From the NCBI GenBank assembly GCA_029953675.1, contig JAMWBK010000004.1:3100001-3164000 (forward strand): DNA of 64,000 nucleotides. The letters run 5' to 3'. The notes beneath the pieces are model-generated. The model had not been told where the DNA came from. It made no database searches and saw only the letters and a program-made list of their open reading frames with translations. This document shows, piece after piece, positions 25,155 to 38,009 of this stretch. Each line of letters opens with the position of its first letter. Position 1 is the stretch's first letter. The DNA comes from Rhodosorus marinus CCMP1338. Taxonomy: Eukaryota > Plantae > Rhodophyta. Both the position numbers and the translations under genes were made by a program.

Positions 25155-28100
25155 AGCACAATCCAGCTTCCTCCCAAGCGCAGTATAGAGCGCTCGTTGG
25201 AACCGCGCATCTTCTAACCCAGCCTGCCCGGTTGCAAACGGAATTTGCTGTTACATCAATACGATCCTCCCCCCCCCCCCTTGTCATGCCTGCCATTGAC
25301 TAACGAATTCTATTTTGAAGTAAAAATGCAGAATTCATGGCCGGCTTTTGCTTATTTTACCCCTCGACAGTGATTTCTCTTTGTGGACGTCTGTTTTGGT
25401 TGGACGCTTGCTGAATGAGCAAAAAGAGAAAAATTCTGGTGTTCATTGGGTTCCATGAAACATTGCTCATTCATTTTCCGTTCTTCAATCAGTTTCTACC
25501 GAATAGCCGCGAGCGTATGTATTCATCCCGTCCCAGAGTAGCCCCACGACGGCTGCTTGTTCGAAGCCCTGAAAAAAAAACCAATATTGAAACACCCGCC
25601 TACTCCGCTTTCTTTGGTCACCCCCCAGGGACTTGCACAACCACAGCTTGTAAGACACGAAAACATTGATACAAAAAAAAATCAGGAACTTTTTGGGTTG
25701 GTGAGTTTGTACCCAGCGTTCAGACAACTCGGCAAACTGCCACCTTCTTGTTTCTATAGGACGGGAGCCCGAGCTATGCTATAGGAGGGACCGCAGCCTT
25801 GGGGCATGCGCCATGATGAGACCAGCACCAATCGGATAACTATTAAGCTGCGACCGTCATCCTTTGGTTTTGCGGCACGGATGGGGCATTCGCAATGCCA
25901 ATGGGCCATTTTGACTTTATCTAGTATATTCATGAAATGTTGTTCCATGATTATATATAAATATATATTCATTAATACGGCTAAACTAGAATTATCGCAG
26001 TTCATTCGTATGATAAAAGTAAATTGAATGCCCCGTTTGAAAATGAACTATTAGAAAAGCTGAAATTGTTTATAAAGAAGCAGAGGCTTTTCACGTGGAC
26101 TCTCCAGACGAGATAGCTCCGCGCACCCTTCTTCTTCAAACCAACCAAACACCACACCAAGCACTGCCGCAAGCATTGGGGCATCAAAACCGTTAAATTT
26201 GCTCTATTCTTAAATTCGTCCTCCGGAACTGGATACAATAGTTTACTACCGTACTAGTGAATTCGCTCAACGCAACTTTTGCAAACGCAAGGAACGCGGG
26301 GGTTGAAATCAATGCGCGCAAGCGCAATCGTTCGCGGAACCTGCACGCGAAGCCCCAATCTACAACGGATCCGATCTCCCTAAATACCGGGTCATGTGAC
26401 GTCCTTCTTCCTGGGGAAGGATCCCAGTCCTGCCCGTTAATCTGGGGTTAGCGGGGGTGACTCCTTCCGCAGAGCGGTTCAGCACCGCTTGGGGTCGCTT
26501 ACGTGGGTTGAACGGTGCAGGTGTAGAGTGACCTCTCTCATGAGCTGATCAGCTTGTTTGCTTGGTCGGCCAAATTCTCAGGGCAGAATGGGACCAAAAC
26601 GTCGTCATTGTTGTCTCCAAACTCACCCGATAATGTGACCAGCCCTGTGGGCTACACAACCGGCCTCCCAGGACGCTTTGCGTATGTAGTTCTTTCTGAA
26701 GCGGTGATCTCATCTTCGTCCCAACAACGTTGCCTTTCACTGTTCCGAGGATCCCCAGGCTTGAGCTGCTGCCGAGGTTGTGACGGGTAGGTTTTAATGT
26801 CTCGTGCTAGAATGGATTACGCTGTTGGGCGACGGAGTCTTAGATGCTCTGCGACGTGCACTCATCTTGTGGTAGGCTTCAGACTACAGTATTAAATCAC
26901 TGCAAACCTGCGTCTACACCAACTTCCGGTCCTGGGCTAATACTATTACTAGTAGCTCCTCCAGGATCTATAATTACACTGCAGACTAGCAGGAGAGCTG
27001 TCCCTAAGATTCGAAACCCGCGGCCATGGCTGTCAGTAAGAGCTCTTGCGAAACACTAAAAATAGAATGGCAGGTCAGCTCACTATATCAGAGCCGAACT
27101 GGCTTGAACCGAATCTTCAGAGCTTGTTTCTGGTGTGTATAGGTCTTGGCGCCAAGACAATAGCGGTGCGAGCAGCTGCAAGGAGGCTCTAGTGGTTGTC
27201 TGCTTTCTTCGCAGCAACAACAGCGTAGAATATGCCAGGGAGCACACCTACAGCTAAAAAAAGGCTGGAAGTAAGAGGGAGGCCAGCTAACTAAGGGACA
27301 TGTTGGCATGCTTGTCCCAACAAACACGTTGACTTCAGCGCGGACATATCTGGCAGCCCTTAATTTAGGACTCCCGACGGCAAGCACGCTCTCCTCTTGG
27401 TCTTTTGTAGGACAAACTTAAATCCGTATGCTACCCAGTGACGGGTGTGGGTAGCATCATTGCTGTGACATGTGATCCACGTTTTCCTCTCGAAACGCAG
27501 ATCCAGACTGGGATTGCACAGACAGGACAACTTTTGCTAGCGACCGGATCATGAATATCGAGTCGATGGGATGTCCGTGGTGGATTGGTTTCGAAAATAG
27601 GGCTGATCGAGCTTCGGTGTCTTCGATGCACCAGTTGCGTTCAGTGGAGAGGGAAAAAATGATCAAATCAGCTGCATGAAAGCATGGTCGTCCTCAGTAC
27701 GAGGGTTTCGAAGGTGCAAGCTGCTTCACATGCCTATGTCTCGCGCTAGAACGCCAATTGAAGGCTTCGTATGGGGAGGTCAGTTCTTTCCAAGCGAATC
27801 TGGGACAAGCCTGTAGCTGCAAGCACGTGCTTGCTCACAGCTTGTAGAGCACAAACTGGAACAGATCAGTCTCTCGAGCCAGGGCTTCGAAGCCATCTGA
27901 GCTTCGCGAGGCATCCAACTTCTGCTAAAAAAGATAGAGTGATTCAACCCCACACGCTAAAAAAGTTGCAGCAAAGCAGGATGCTAGTGTAGTTCGATAA
28001 ATAAACACTCTACAAGATAGACGACTGTGGTCGTTGCCGGACAATCGCCAAAAAAAAGTTTCATACGTGCCAAAGCGTTTTCACCCTTTGAACCAAAGTT

Positions 28101-28368
28101 CTGTTGGAGAGTATTGGAATTGTTTGTTCAAGAGGGTATTGATTTGGTTTGCAACGGATTTCGAGTCGTAGCCGCGCCCAAATGGAATTCTTTTTGGGCG
28201 CGGCTCCGGAGATTGATTTGGGATAACAGATAATAGAATTACTACTAAAAATCATATGGATACTAAGACCATTGGTGACACTATCACTGATAGTCCAACA
28301 ATGCTTATTAGTGTAAACGATGTGAGGCTTCATTACAGGTGAACCTCCCTATGTTCTTGCGTGAATTT

Positions 28369-28396
28369 GGGGGGTGGGGGAAGGGGGGGGAGAGGG
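28369..28396 (+). promoter_or_regulatory. G-quadruplex consensus motif 40 nt upstream of the Uup-like ABC-F start
   Basis: GGGGGG-T-GGGGG-AA-GGGGGGGG-AGA-GGG matches the G3+N1-7 x4 consensus. Function is inferred only. Confidence 0.4.
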
Positions 28397-28435
28397 CTGT
28401 TTTCAGCGGAGCTGGACTATCGTTGGAGAATTGGG

Positions 28436-31400
28436 ATGGCGTTCATTGGACAGGTTTCATTAGGAGGTAGGCAGAGAAAGGAGTTGTGTTCTTCCAGTAG
28501 ACAATGGAGAGAATGGAAGTCACGAGTTCGGATGGCTGGTGAAGGAGCTACTGCTGGTTCGCAACTGATCTGGTGTGAGGTGGGCTTTGAAGATCACTTT
28601 TCGTTTTCTCTCTGCGTTTCATACCCCTGCGTTTATCGGTGTATCTCCCTGACATGCCGACTCCGTTCAACTCCCGTGATCAATGGTGTAGGGTATTTCA
28701 AAATCGTACGATGGCGTTCGGGTACAAGTTGAGGACGCCGATATTGTTCTTAAGAGAGGGTCAAAGCTGGGCGTTATTGGGGTCAATGGAGCAGGGAAGA
28801 GCACGCTCCTCAACTTATTGGCAAGTACGTTAGACTTCGTTGACGTCGATCTCACACGTGCTCGAACTCTTACACGCTCTGGGGGAATATTCTCGTTGTC
28901 AGGGAAGGAGATACCGGACAGCGGGGCGGTTAGCTACCGGAAAGGCCTTAGGGTGGTCATCGTGGACCAAGATCCACAGATGGATGATGACTTGACACCT
29001 CTGGTAGGCTTATACGCCATCGCGTGTTGCCTGTTTTCAATCATTTGGCGGAAAAATCGGGACAGATTATTCCCTTGCTCCTCGGACGGCTGGCACTTTA
29101 GAGTTGATCCACTGATGCCGTATTGTTTTTGCTCTTCACTCTTTGGCTAACGCTGTTCATGATCGTTATCGATTTGCCCATCCACAACTCGGTTCTCGTG
29201 TTGTTCTGAACCAATCAGGAATGTGTATTCGCCGCGGACAATCCTACGAACAGAGCAATACGGGACTATGAAGATGCTCTAGCAAGGCTGGATAAAAAGC
29301 AATGTGGAGAAGAGGAACTTCAAAGAGTGATGAATAACATGGATTCACTTCAAGCTTGGGACGCCGAAGCGAATGCTAGACAGGTAGCACTGGTGCAATT
29401 GCTTTTCGTCTGTCATCCTAGCTCAAGGTGTATTTCGCTAACTTGAGCCCCGTACGCCCCCCGTGTCCTTCGTCTTTTCTTGGCATCGTATCGATTTGGA
29501 CCCCAGATTTTGTCTAGACTCGGCTTGGATTTTAGGTCGCTGCGAAATCGAAAGTTTCGCTTGCTCAGTGGTGGGCAGCAGAAGAGGGTTGCGTTGGCAG
29601 CTGCCTTGGTACAGAATCCAGATGTTTTGATACTTGATGAGCCAACAAATCACTTGGACATAGATGCTATTGAGTGGCTTGAAAATGCCATAAGCGTTCC
29701 GGAGCTTACGGTTGTGTTGGTGACTCACGACAGGTCTGTTTTCCCTGCCGTTGGGACAAAAAAATTCTTCATGGATGGATTTCCACTCCATTGGCATTCC
29801 TCTGCTTGTTCTTACGTGTTCCTTGCTCAAGAGCGACTGTGTTTTCTCAAACTCTTTTATGCCGCAGATACTTCCTGGACCGTTCATGCACGGATATCAT
29901 GGAGCTCTACCAAGGAAGCGTTTATAATCATAGCGGAGGGTATGACAAATTTCTTCTGGTAAGCCGTAGTTGACTTTCCGCGAATTAGAGTGCATCAAGA
30001 CTCTTCCCACTGATGCAAATGTTCTCTTTCGGACATCTCGTAGAACAAAGCTCTCAGATTGAAGGAGGAGGATCACATTGCCGAGGTTGCGTTGGGACGG
30101 CTGAGAAAAGAAGCAGAGTGGATGCGCAGACAGCCGAAAGCGCGGTCCACTAAGTCGAAGTCTCGAATTGATCAGTTCTACAGTTTGCAGTCCATGGCGA
30201 AGAAACGAACACGCCCTGGTTCTGTTGAGTTCGCCTCCAAGGTTTGATGTGGACAAGGACCGATGTGGCAAGAGTGGGAGCAGCTCTTAAATAATACCAC
30301 CGTTTCTCTGGCTCGTTTTCCTGCAAAGGTGTCAAGAATGGGTAACAAAACCTTGGAGTTTATAGATTCCAACCTTGCATTCGATCAAAGGATCATAATG
30401 AAGAGCTTCAGCTATGAGTTCAAGCGGAACGATCGAATAGGCATCGTCGGTGGGAACGGTGTAGGCAAGACAACGTTCCTCCGCGTTCTAATGCAGCTCC
30501 AGAACTTGGACGCGGGTGAGGTGATAATCGGCGAGACCGTTGTTTTCGGTTACTACAACCAGGCCGGAGTTGATTTTCCTTCCAAAGTCAGGGTTTTTGA
30601 CTATGTCAAGGACGTAAGTGGGGATCAAAACGGGGGACATGCGCATCGGTTTACCTCGAAGCTGAACACTTCCAGCTCATTCTTCATTCGACTTCGCGCT
30701 GAAAATCAACTCAGATTTTGTACGCCAACGACGTCCCAGACCCGAAGCCCATAAAAGTACTCGAACAGTACGGATTCGAGACCGAGCAAATGTACACTGA
30801 AATAGATCGTTTAAGCGGTGGAGAGAAGCGGCGTCTTCAGCTCCTTGAGGTGCGTATTCCCATCGCGAGCAGTACCAGGTGCATAAAAAGTCTGCCCGCC
30901 GACACAGAACGTAGGCGTTCAGGGTTATCGGAAAAGCAAGTTATCACGGGAGCTGATTGGTTCTTTCTGTTTCGGTACTCTGTCCTCTGCTTCTAGGTGA
31001 TGGCAAAGGATCCGAACTTTCTGGTTCTTGACGAAGTCACAAACGACCTCGATCTGCAAACGTTAACCTTGCTGGAGAACTTTCTCCTAGACTATAGTGG
31101 AGTGCTGGTGGTCGTGTCGCATGATCGCTTCTTTATGGACAGACTTGCGAGCCACCTGTTCATTTTTGAGGGTGATGTAAGTGTAGAGCTCAGCCTGTAG
31201 CCGAATGCAATCTGCTGCGTCACTGACAGGACAGGGAAGCTTAAGGAAGAATCGCGGTTTTGCTTGACATCTCACCAGGGAAAGATACTTGACTTCAACG
31301 GTAATTTCAGTGACTACCTAGATGTTCGTCGGGAGAAGACGGCAGAGTCGGGCAGCGCCTCGTTGAATGACGGATCAGAGTCGAATGGCAGCTCACAAGG

Positions 31401-31870
31401 ACAGCAGATGAGGAATTCCAAGACAGCTCCGAAAAAGGTACTACGGGCTTCCTGAAGCCATGCTGAAAATTTCCCTCGAGCATCCTCCATATGATTTCTG
31501 ACTTGAAACCGGGAACTTAGAAAATGTCCAACAAGGAACGGAAAGAGTATGAATCCATTCTGGGGGAAATTGACAAACTAGCAGCGCGTCAAGCAGATCT
31601 CGAGTCCACTTTAGTCTCAGGAAACCTGGACTACGATCAGCTTTCAAGCAGAACAGAGGAGCTTGTGAGTTTGCAAGAATCTTCTTTCCACATTTGCGTT
31701 CGGATACAACGCATGCGTTCCGTCATCAAGTTGATGGAGCGGAGAAATTTGTTCTGAATCTCTTAACATTCGTTTTGGAAAATCCACTGCGCCTTCAGGC
31801 TTCCGTAAGCACTTCCATTGACGAAAAAACCAATAGGTGGATGGAGCTCGAAGAAATGTATGGGTCGTAA
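28436..31870 (+). CDS. Uup-like (bacterial-type) ABC-F ATPase, probably plastid-targeted, multi-exon
   Basis: N-terminus MAFIGQVSLGGRQRK..., then [54 protein letters not shown] (Uup-type linker), GGNGVGKTT, LSGGEKRRLQLL and LVLDEVTNDLD. A C-terminal coiled coil ends WMELEEMYGS*. Confidence 0.92.
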
Positions 31871-32276
31871 CTCGACTCCGACTCTCAGAAGTTGGGGAGA
31901 CTTCGGTTTTCCAACGTGCAAGAGAGCAAATTGAATTTGTGTAAGCATCCCTAATCGTGATCACAGTATTCTATATACTACGTAGCTACTACATCTAACT
32001 GGGGTTCCATTCTGGTCAACTGGCGGGCTTCAACAGCGGAGGTAAAGGGTTCAGATGCAATGCAATTATTTGAGTGATCCCCTCAAATAATCGACTACAA
32101 AATGATTAAGCACCTTCGTAACTGGCTTCCCGTTCCGTGTTGGCACTCCAAAGAAGAGGAAGTAGCAGCAACGGAATGGAATATATCTATTCTCCAAGAG
32201 CGCAGTACCTGTGCCTGACACGGTACTTCGCCGATCACTGTAGTTTGCCCCCATTGACAAGGCGAGATAAGCATGG

Positions 32277-33815
32277 CTAGGGCGTTTGCCTCTTCCTTCC
32301 TCTCCCTCGACTGGATAATAAATACGTGGATGCCCCGGCAACAGCCATTGCCGCAATACATGCAAGCCCGCTTCGGCGTACAAACATAGTGTCCAGGAGT
32401 TGGCCTCGTATTGAGTATAGCAGAATCATCCTTGCGTGAAACAAAAAAGGTGCAAAAACGGAAGCGTTGGTTGTCAGATACCGCATGTGCCACTAAGCAA
32501 AAGAGCATCTGAGCGCTGAACTGGAGCCAAGATGACGCCGAGCGCTAACATTGGCGGACGCTTGTGAACAAGGCAGCCAGCACGTTGCCCTCACCTGTGA
32601 TAAAATACGGTCATAAGCAGAATGACAATATACTGAACAACCAAAACAACTTTCTCCCGCCTATCTCTTGAGCTAATCATCAAGATGGGAGAAGATACTA
32701 TGGCAAACCACGCGCAGCACAGCATCAGCAGTTGTACAGTTAACAACGCCACGCTGGCTTGTTGGCTGGCTATTGATAGGTCTCTCAGAGCAACGAACAT
32801 ATGTATACAAGCTGCTATCATCAGGATCCAAGAATTTATCAGCGCTGCTTTCGGTGTAACAATGCCACCGACTAATCGCATCATAGCGACGGTGATGATC
32901 CCCACGATGAGCAAGATCAAGGGTACCTTCACTATCATCTGTTTCAAGCCGGAAAACGAAGTTTTCAGAAAACCGCAATTTCGGCAACCGATGCTCTGAC
33001 CCGCTTTAGTCGCGGAATGGGTAACAAGGTCGAGTCTTGGATCCGTCGACTTCACACTATGTCCAGCCTTCGGACCCATCTCACCGACACTCAGTCGAGA
33101 ACGGGACTATCCACTTTTCTTGTGTGCGTATCCTTACCGGGACACGTCTTGACTCGATTGGAATCATTTCAGCAGTAGTGTTGTACGTACTGGATGCGAT
33201 ATCAACGGATGCAAGCAATAGGTCTGTGGTTAATGGGCTCTGAAGATAATCCCCGATTTCAACCGCCTGGTTGACGAAAATAGACTCAAGCGCTGGATTC
33301 TTTAACTGCCTGATCGCATGCATGTCGTCCTCAAGCGCATGAACGAGGGTTTGAAGCGATTTCAGGTGCTCATCGTTGCTCGCCTTCGCCGAATCCAGTT
33401 TATTCGTTTCTGCCTCCATCCGAGCCTTCAGGCTCTTCGCATTTTCCTCAATCAGGTTTCTTTCAGTTTGCAGCTTTTCGACATGATCCTTGACCATCAT
33501 TTTGTTGTTCATATTCTCCTGCACCATCCCTTGGCTCTGTACAATCTTTTGCGCGTTCACCGCTTGCTGCTTCCTAATTTCAACAAGCTTCCCTTCCAGA
33601 TCCACTACTTGCTTTTCGAGGTCAAGCAACCGGTAGTTGCTTGTCTGAAACACGGCGTCAACGGCCTGTTTCACTTTCTCGTCCTCAGTCTGAACCACTT
33701 TCATTAGCTCTTTCAAGTTCTGTTTCAAGCCTGGCAAGACATCATCCGCATTCACACGCGCGAGTGCCAATCCGAACACAACGCCTACCACGCATAACAA
33801 AAGCGGTCTATTCAT
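32277..33815 (-). CDS. Hypothetical protein: signal peptide, long coiled coil and multiple C-terminal transmembrane helices, multi-exon
   Basis: MNRPLLLCVVGVVFGLALARVNA (signal-peptide-like) is followed by ~180 aa of heptad-rich sequence. The next exon has at least 4 hydrophobic spans (VPLILLIVGIITVAMM..., KVVLVVQYIVILLMTVFY). The 3' exon structure is unresolved. Confidence 0.7.
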
Positions 33816-35007
33816 TCTTCCTCCGAAGATGGGAGGGACAACTGACCAAGGCAACATGCACATACACACCTCTACCACCCCGGTAAGATTCGCATAGCAC
33901 ACTTTTATCCGACAGAGCAATGAAGCTTTAGAATTCTCCCCGCTGAAAGCACGTCAGCATTCGACTGGTCGTATTTCTTGCTCCCTCTGGCTTCCCAACC
34001 ACCCTTACAGAGTGGAGAACGTGCTTCGCACGCTCTTCTGCGGTATTCGTTCTGGAATCGTCGCACGACTCGCGGGCTTAGAAATATAGTGCTCACTTTG
34101 CTAGCCCTTTGAAAATCTCCAGAATCTGAAACCCGTCTTTGTGAGCAGTGGTATACAAGCATGGCATTTTACGTTTACATGGATACTGCCATTTTAGTGC
34201 AAAGCAAGGTCCCGCTAGATGTCCGCATTCCCAATGCGCGATTTTCGGGCAGGGATCAACTGTCAATATTTCTTGGGTGGAGACTTGTTCTTCAACGAAC
34301 GTTTTTAGTCTAGTTCTTGCAGGCCCACGTCACTAGGGGTTGTGCTGAATAACCTGAGGCATGCTCTTTCCTAGGTCACTGTAAAGCCACATACTTTGAA
34401 CCTTATTCGGTTGCCCATAATGTGCTATTCACAATATGGGACAGGTGTTGCGCGGAACTTAAGTCACCCCGTACCCCCCTTTGCTAACATGACTGAAATG
34501 CCGTCCATAGGCGATGCGACTCTTCGAAGAGTGCCCTTGCTAGAAAGCCCTATTCTCGTTTCAACGCAGTCTAACCTGATATGGGAGTGTAGCAGTTGTG
34601 GAGCAAATAGTTCTCCGTCCACGTCTGCAACGCTGGACCTAAGCGCGCACATTAAAATCGCTCCTCCGCAACCGTTTGATATCATTACAATCCCAGCTTG
34701 TAGCGCTCGCGTTCATATTTTAACCCTGAAGCATATGTTGCAAAGAGCTCCAAAAACTGAGGTAACCCCGGACTCCAAGAACGACAGCTGGCCAACCATG
34801 CGAGAAGCCTTGGAACCGGCCCAGCCCACTCACGCGTGTCGATGGTTCTACGGCTTGTGCAGGACGGGAACCCAGTCGTTTATTTTGGAAGAACGAGCTC
34901 CAGCACCGGAGCAAGCAGGATACTAAGCGCGAGGATTCTTTCATTGTTTGTTGAGGGTCCAGTAAGGAAAACCTTGTCTGGTGAGGAATTTCCTTCTAGC
35001 CAGAACG

Positions 35008-35657
35008 ATGGGTGCGATGCTCAATTTTCCGGAGACCATGTTCGCCTATGGCATGCTTTGTGCGATAGTCGGCGGCATGGAAGTCGGTGGTAACGAAGCT
35101 GGACCATTGTACCCATTGTTTGGGCGCTTGGTGGTGGCGGCGCTATGCGTCGGTGTTTCTGCGGTAACCAGGAATACCTCACTGAAGAAAGGAGAAGAGG
35201 GCTACAAGGGGATGATGGCGGGAATTCACATCGGAATTCTCATTCCAGTTTTGTATGCCGTGGTGAGTGCTATTAGGGCATCTACGACCGATGCCAGAAA
35301 GTAGTTCTCAGTTTACCGATACGTTAATGTCGGGTCTCTATCAGAAGCTAAGTGGGTAGCAACTCGATTCTCTTGATTACTACTCAGGTTGCCGCGCTCA
35401 GACTCGTCTATGAATACGATCCACTGGAAAAGAGTAATCTTCTTCCTTTCCTTATTTGGGATATCGGTGTGTCAGTGCTGGCTTTTGCTTCAGCATTGTC
35501 CCAGAAGCCGAAGAAAACGAAGAGTCCACAAGCGGAGAAGCCTGCACTCGGAGCGATGACCACCAGGTCATTCTTTGGGAAGAGGACGCCAGCTGCAAGC
35601 CCAGCGCATTCAAACACGTCAGAATTTAAACCCTCGCAGGATAAGAAGAAGGACTGA
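35008..35657 (+). CDS. Hypothetical small multi-pass membrane protein, two exons
   Basis: MGAMLNFPETMFAYGMLCAIVGG...GILIPVLYAV is spliced (gtgagt...cag) to VAALRLVYEYDP...VSVLAFASAL, with a basic tail ending DKKKD*. About 4 hydrophobic spans; only weak resemblance to TMEM14/FAX. Confidence 0.65.
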
Positions 35658-36109
35658 AATGGCAAGCCGCACTATTAAACTGATTTCGTTTATGTGAAGT
35701 ACCCACTTGTCTTTCACAACACTGAACGAAAAGGAAGTAGAGCAGAAGTTCATAGCTTAGATCACTGCCTGGTACTGCAATCCCTCGCAAGAAGCCGCAG
35801 AGATAATCAAAATTATGAACACCTCTCGTTTCCGCAATCTTCTCTGCTGTTTCGGCAGCGCCGAACGTCGTTTCCAACCTCCCTCCCTACTTCACGTTCC
35901 GTGATTCCAAAGCTTCCAAGCTCTGACTGCTGCTTCAGCTGATGGCATAACGAAGCGTCTACTGAACGCTGAACAGACGTGAAATCGAGGTCTCTTCACT
36001 TATTAGCCATGCTAATTATAAATTAAGAGGAAACACTCGAGTCTCTAAAATGCTGGCCGCCAAGCACGAATTCCCTGTCGTACTTATAAAGTCCACAGAG
36101 GCCGTTAGC

Positions 36110-36619
36110 TCAGTCCGTCCACTTGAAAATTGCCTCAAACCGGTCCAAGGCTCTGTTGACCCTTTTCAGCGTCTCCGAATCTCCGCGAACGTACCAGTTA
36201 AAGGATCCCAGCGCAATCAGACCTGCCCATATATTTCGAACTTAGCAACCGGGCTAATGGCATCATAGTCCAGAAGCTAATAGCCATACGTACCAGATCC
36301 CAATGTTCGAACAGTCAACCTTCCTCCACGAGTCTGGCCGGCGGATCTTGCCGAGTACCAGAGGAAGGCACCGGCAGCAACACATGTTCCGGTTGATATT
36401 GCCCGGCAACTAAAGCAGTCGAGGCCGTGCTCATTGTTATTGTTACTAGATCGAACCTAAGCAAGGCAAATCATGTGTATTGCGGTTTGTACCTATGTCA
36501 GGCCTGGCGAATAAGCAAGTAGTTCCGGCAACTACTTTTCGTAACTTTCCTGCCCGATGTCTATACAAGATTAGAAATGCTCAAAAGCGCTCACGCTCAC
36601 TTACCTTGTCACTTTCCAT
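36110..36619 (-). CDS. DMAC1: DMAC1/TMEM261-like (DUF4536) small membrane protein, three exons, 96 aa
   Basis: Not in the ORF track. Exons 36619-36605, 36456-36294 and 36222-36110 splice in frame to MESDKVRSSNNNNEHGLDCFSCRAISTGTCVAAGAFLWY...LGSGLIALGSFNWY...KWTD*: a DCxSCR motif followed by two transmembrane helices. Confidence 0.75.
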
Positions 36620-38009
36620 TCATGCGGTCCCACCCACTTCTCTGAGAACTCTCGTGGGCATATACAACTTCTCTTCGTTTTACTGTGCTCCCGACCTCCG
36701 GTCTCTACAAAGATGTCGGCTAGCGCTCGACAGAAATGCTGGTGCGCTCGTCTCTGAACTCGCATTCACCTCTAGGTCGGGCAGTCGAAGGGACAGCCGC
36801 TCAGCAGGTTCTTGATACATCTGGGCTTCGTTCTTGAGGCTAGACAAGACTTTTTCTGACTTGGATGCTATGGAGACCGCCCGTAAAAGCAGGACGTCGC
36901 GACGCATACTACGAAGCGGTCCCGTGCGAAATATCAGGTTCTTCCAATTGCCATGAATGAATAGGATTATCCACCTCATCACGAAAGATGTGGCTTGCCA
37001 ATCACACGGCTTGCGTTTCTGTTTCAGGCACGACAGCAATTTCACTCCAATGCGTGGCTGCTCAGATTGGCCACAAGCCAATTGAAGGAACTAGTACTGC
37101 GGAGCTCGAGGAGGGCAGCGCGCCCCACCCTTCTTTTTTTTGTTGGTTTTAACGGCGTAATTTCATTGGTTCAGTTCAAAAAGAGTCCGGCCAAGAAAGC
37201 ATAGGAAATGCTCGTATTTCTGTTTTGCCGGCAAAGTCGAAATCCGATAATCCGATAATCCGGCCATTCGTGAGTTCCAATAGTGTACCAATTCGAAGCC
37301 CATGTTGGAAACCACGGTTTTATATAGTTTGAGACGCTTTCAAGGTTATTTCTACCAAAAAGTGAACTCGCCATGGCGGGATATCGCAAAGTACGAACTT
37401 CGTAGGGGGTAATCCTTTTCGCACGTATATTTTGAAATTACCGCCCGAAAATTAAGCCTATTCATATATAAACACAAGTCTGCTGATGAGTAACCCCCGA
37501 TTCGCTTCGTGCTCTTGATGAAGAGTCGAAATTTGGACCGATTCGGAGTCTTCGTCAAAAGCTCAATCAGTGGTAATTTCTTTTTTTGTATGAAAATTCG
37601 AAGGGATGGAACGAGTCATTGACCGGGTAGCTGGTTGAATAGCTGCTGGCTTGGTTTGGTGCAGCTTCGGTTCTGATGTGAAGATTTGCAAAGGTGAGGC
37701 CGGCTGCAGAGAGCTGGGGTCCTGGGGCGGCAAGATATGCTCGTAGTCGTGGACAAGCGGTGTTGTTTTGTATCTGTGCGGGATGGAGCAAATGTGAGAG
37801 CAGTTATTGTTTGAGGACACATTGAGGTTTGTGTTGCATGGTTAGCGAGTGCATATGGAATTCGAACTTTGTCTCTGAGAGTACTCTTTGAAGCGGCCTA
37901 CAATTCCTTGACTATAAGGCAGATTGTTTGGGGCATTCAGAGCGCAGTTCCCTGATTTTTTTTGCGCCGTGGTCGAAGAGTTTTCAGTCTTGCGCTTCGG
38001 CAAGGAAAC

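Noticed and set aside
27189-27247. Minus-strand segment GVLPGIFYAVVAAKKADNH* after a tgtag acceptor, reminiscent of the PMP3/RCI2 C-terminus
   Set aside because: No in-phase upstream exon with the PMP3 N-terminal motif could be found; similarity too short.
34396-34926. 176-aa plus-strand ORF with WECSSCG
   Set aside because: A single CxxC and no other motif; not distinguishable from a chance ORF.
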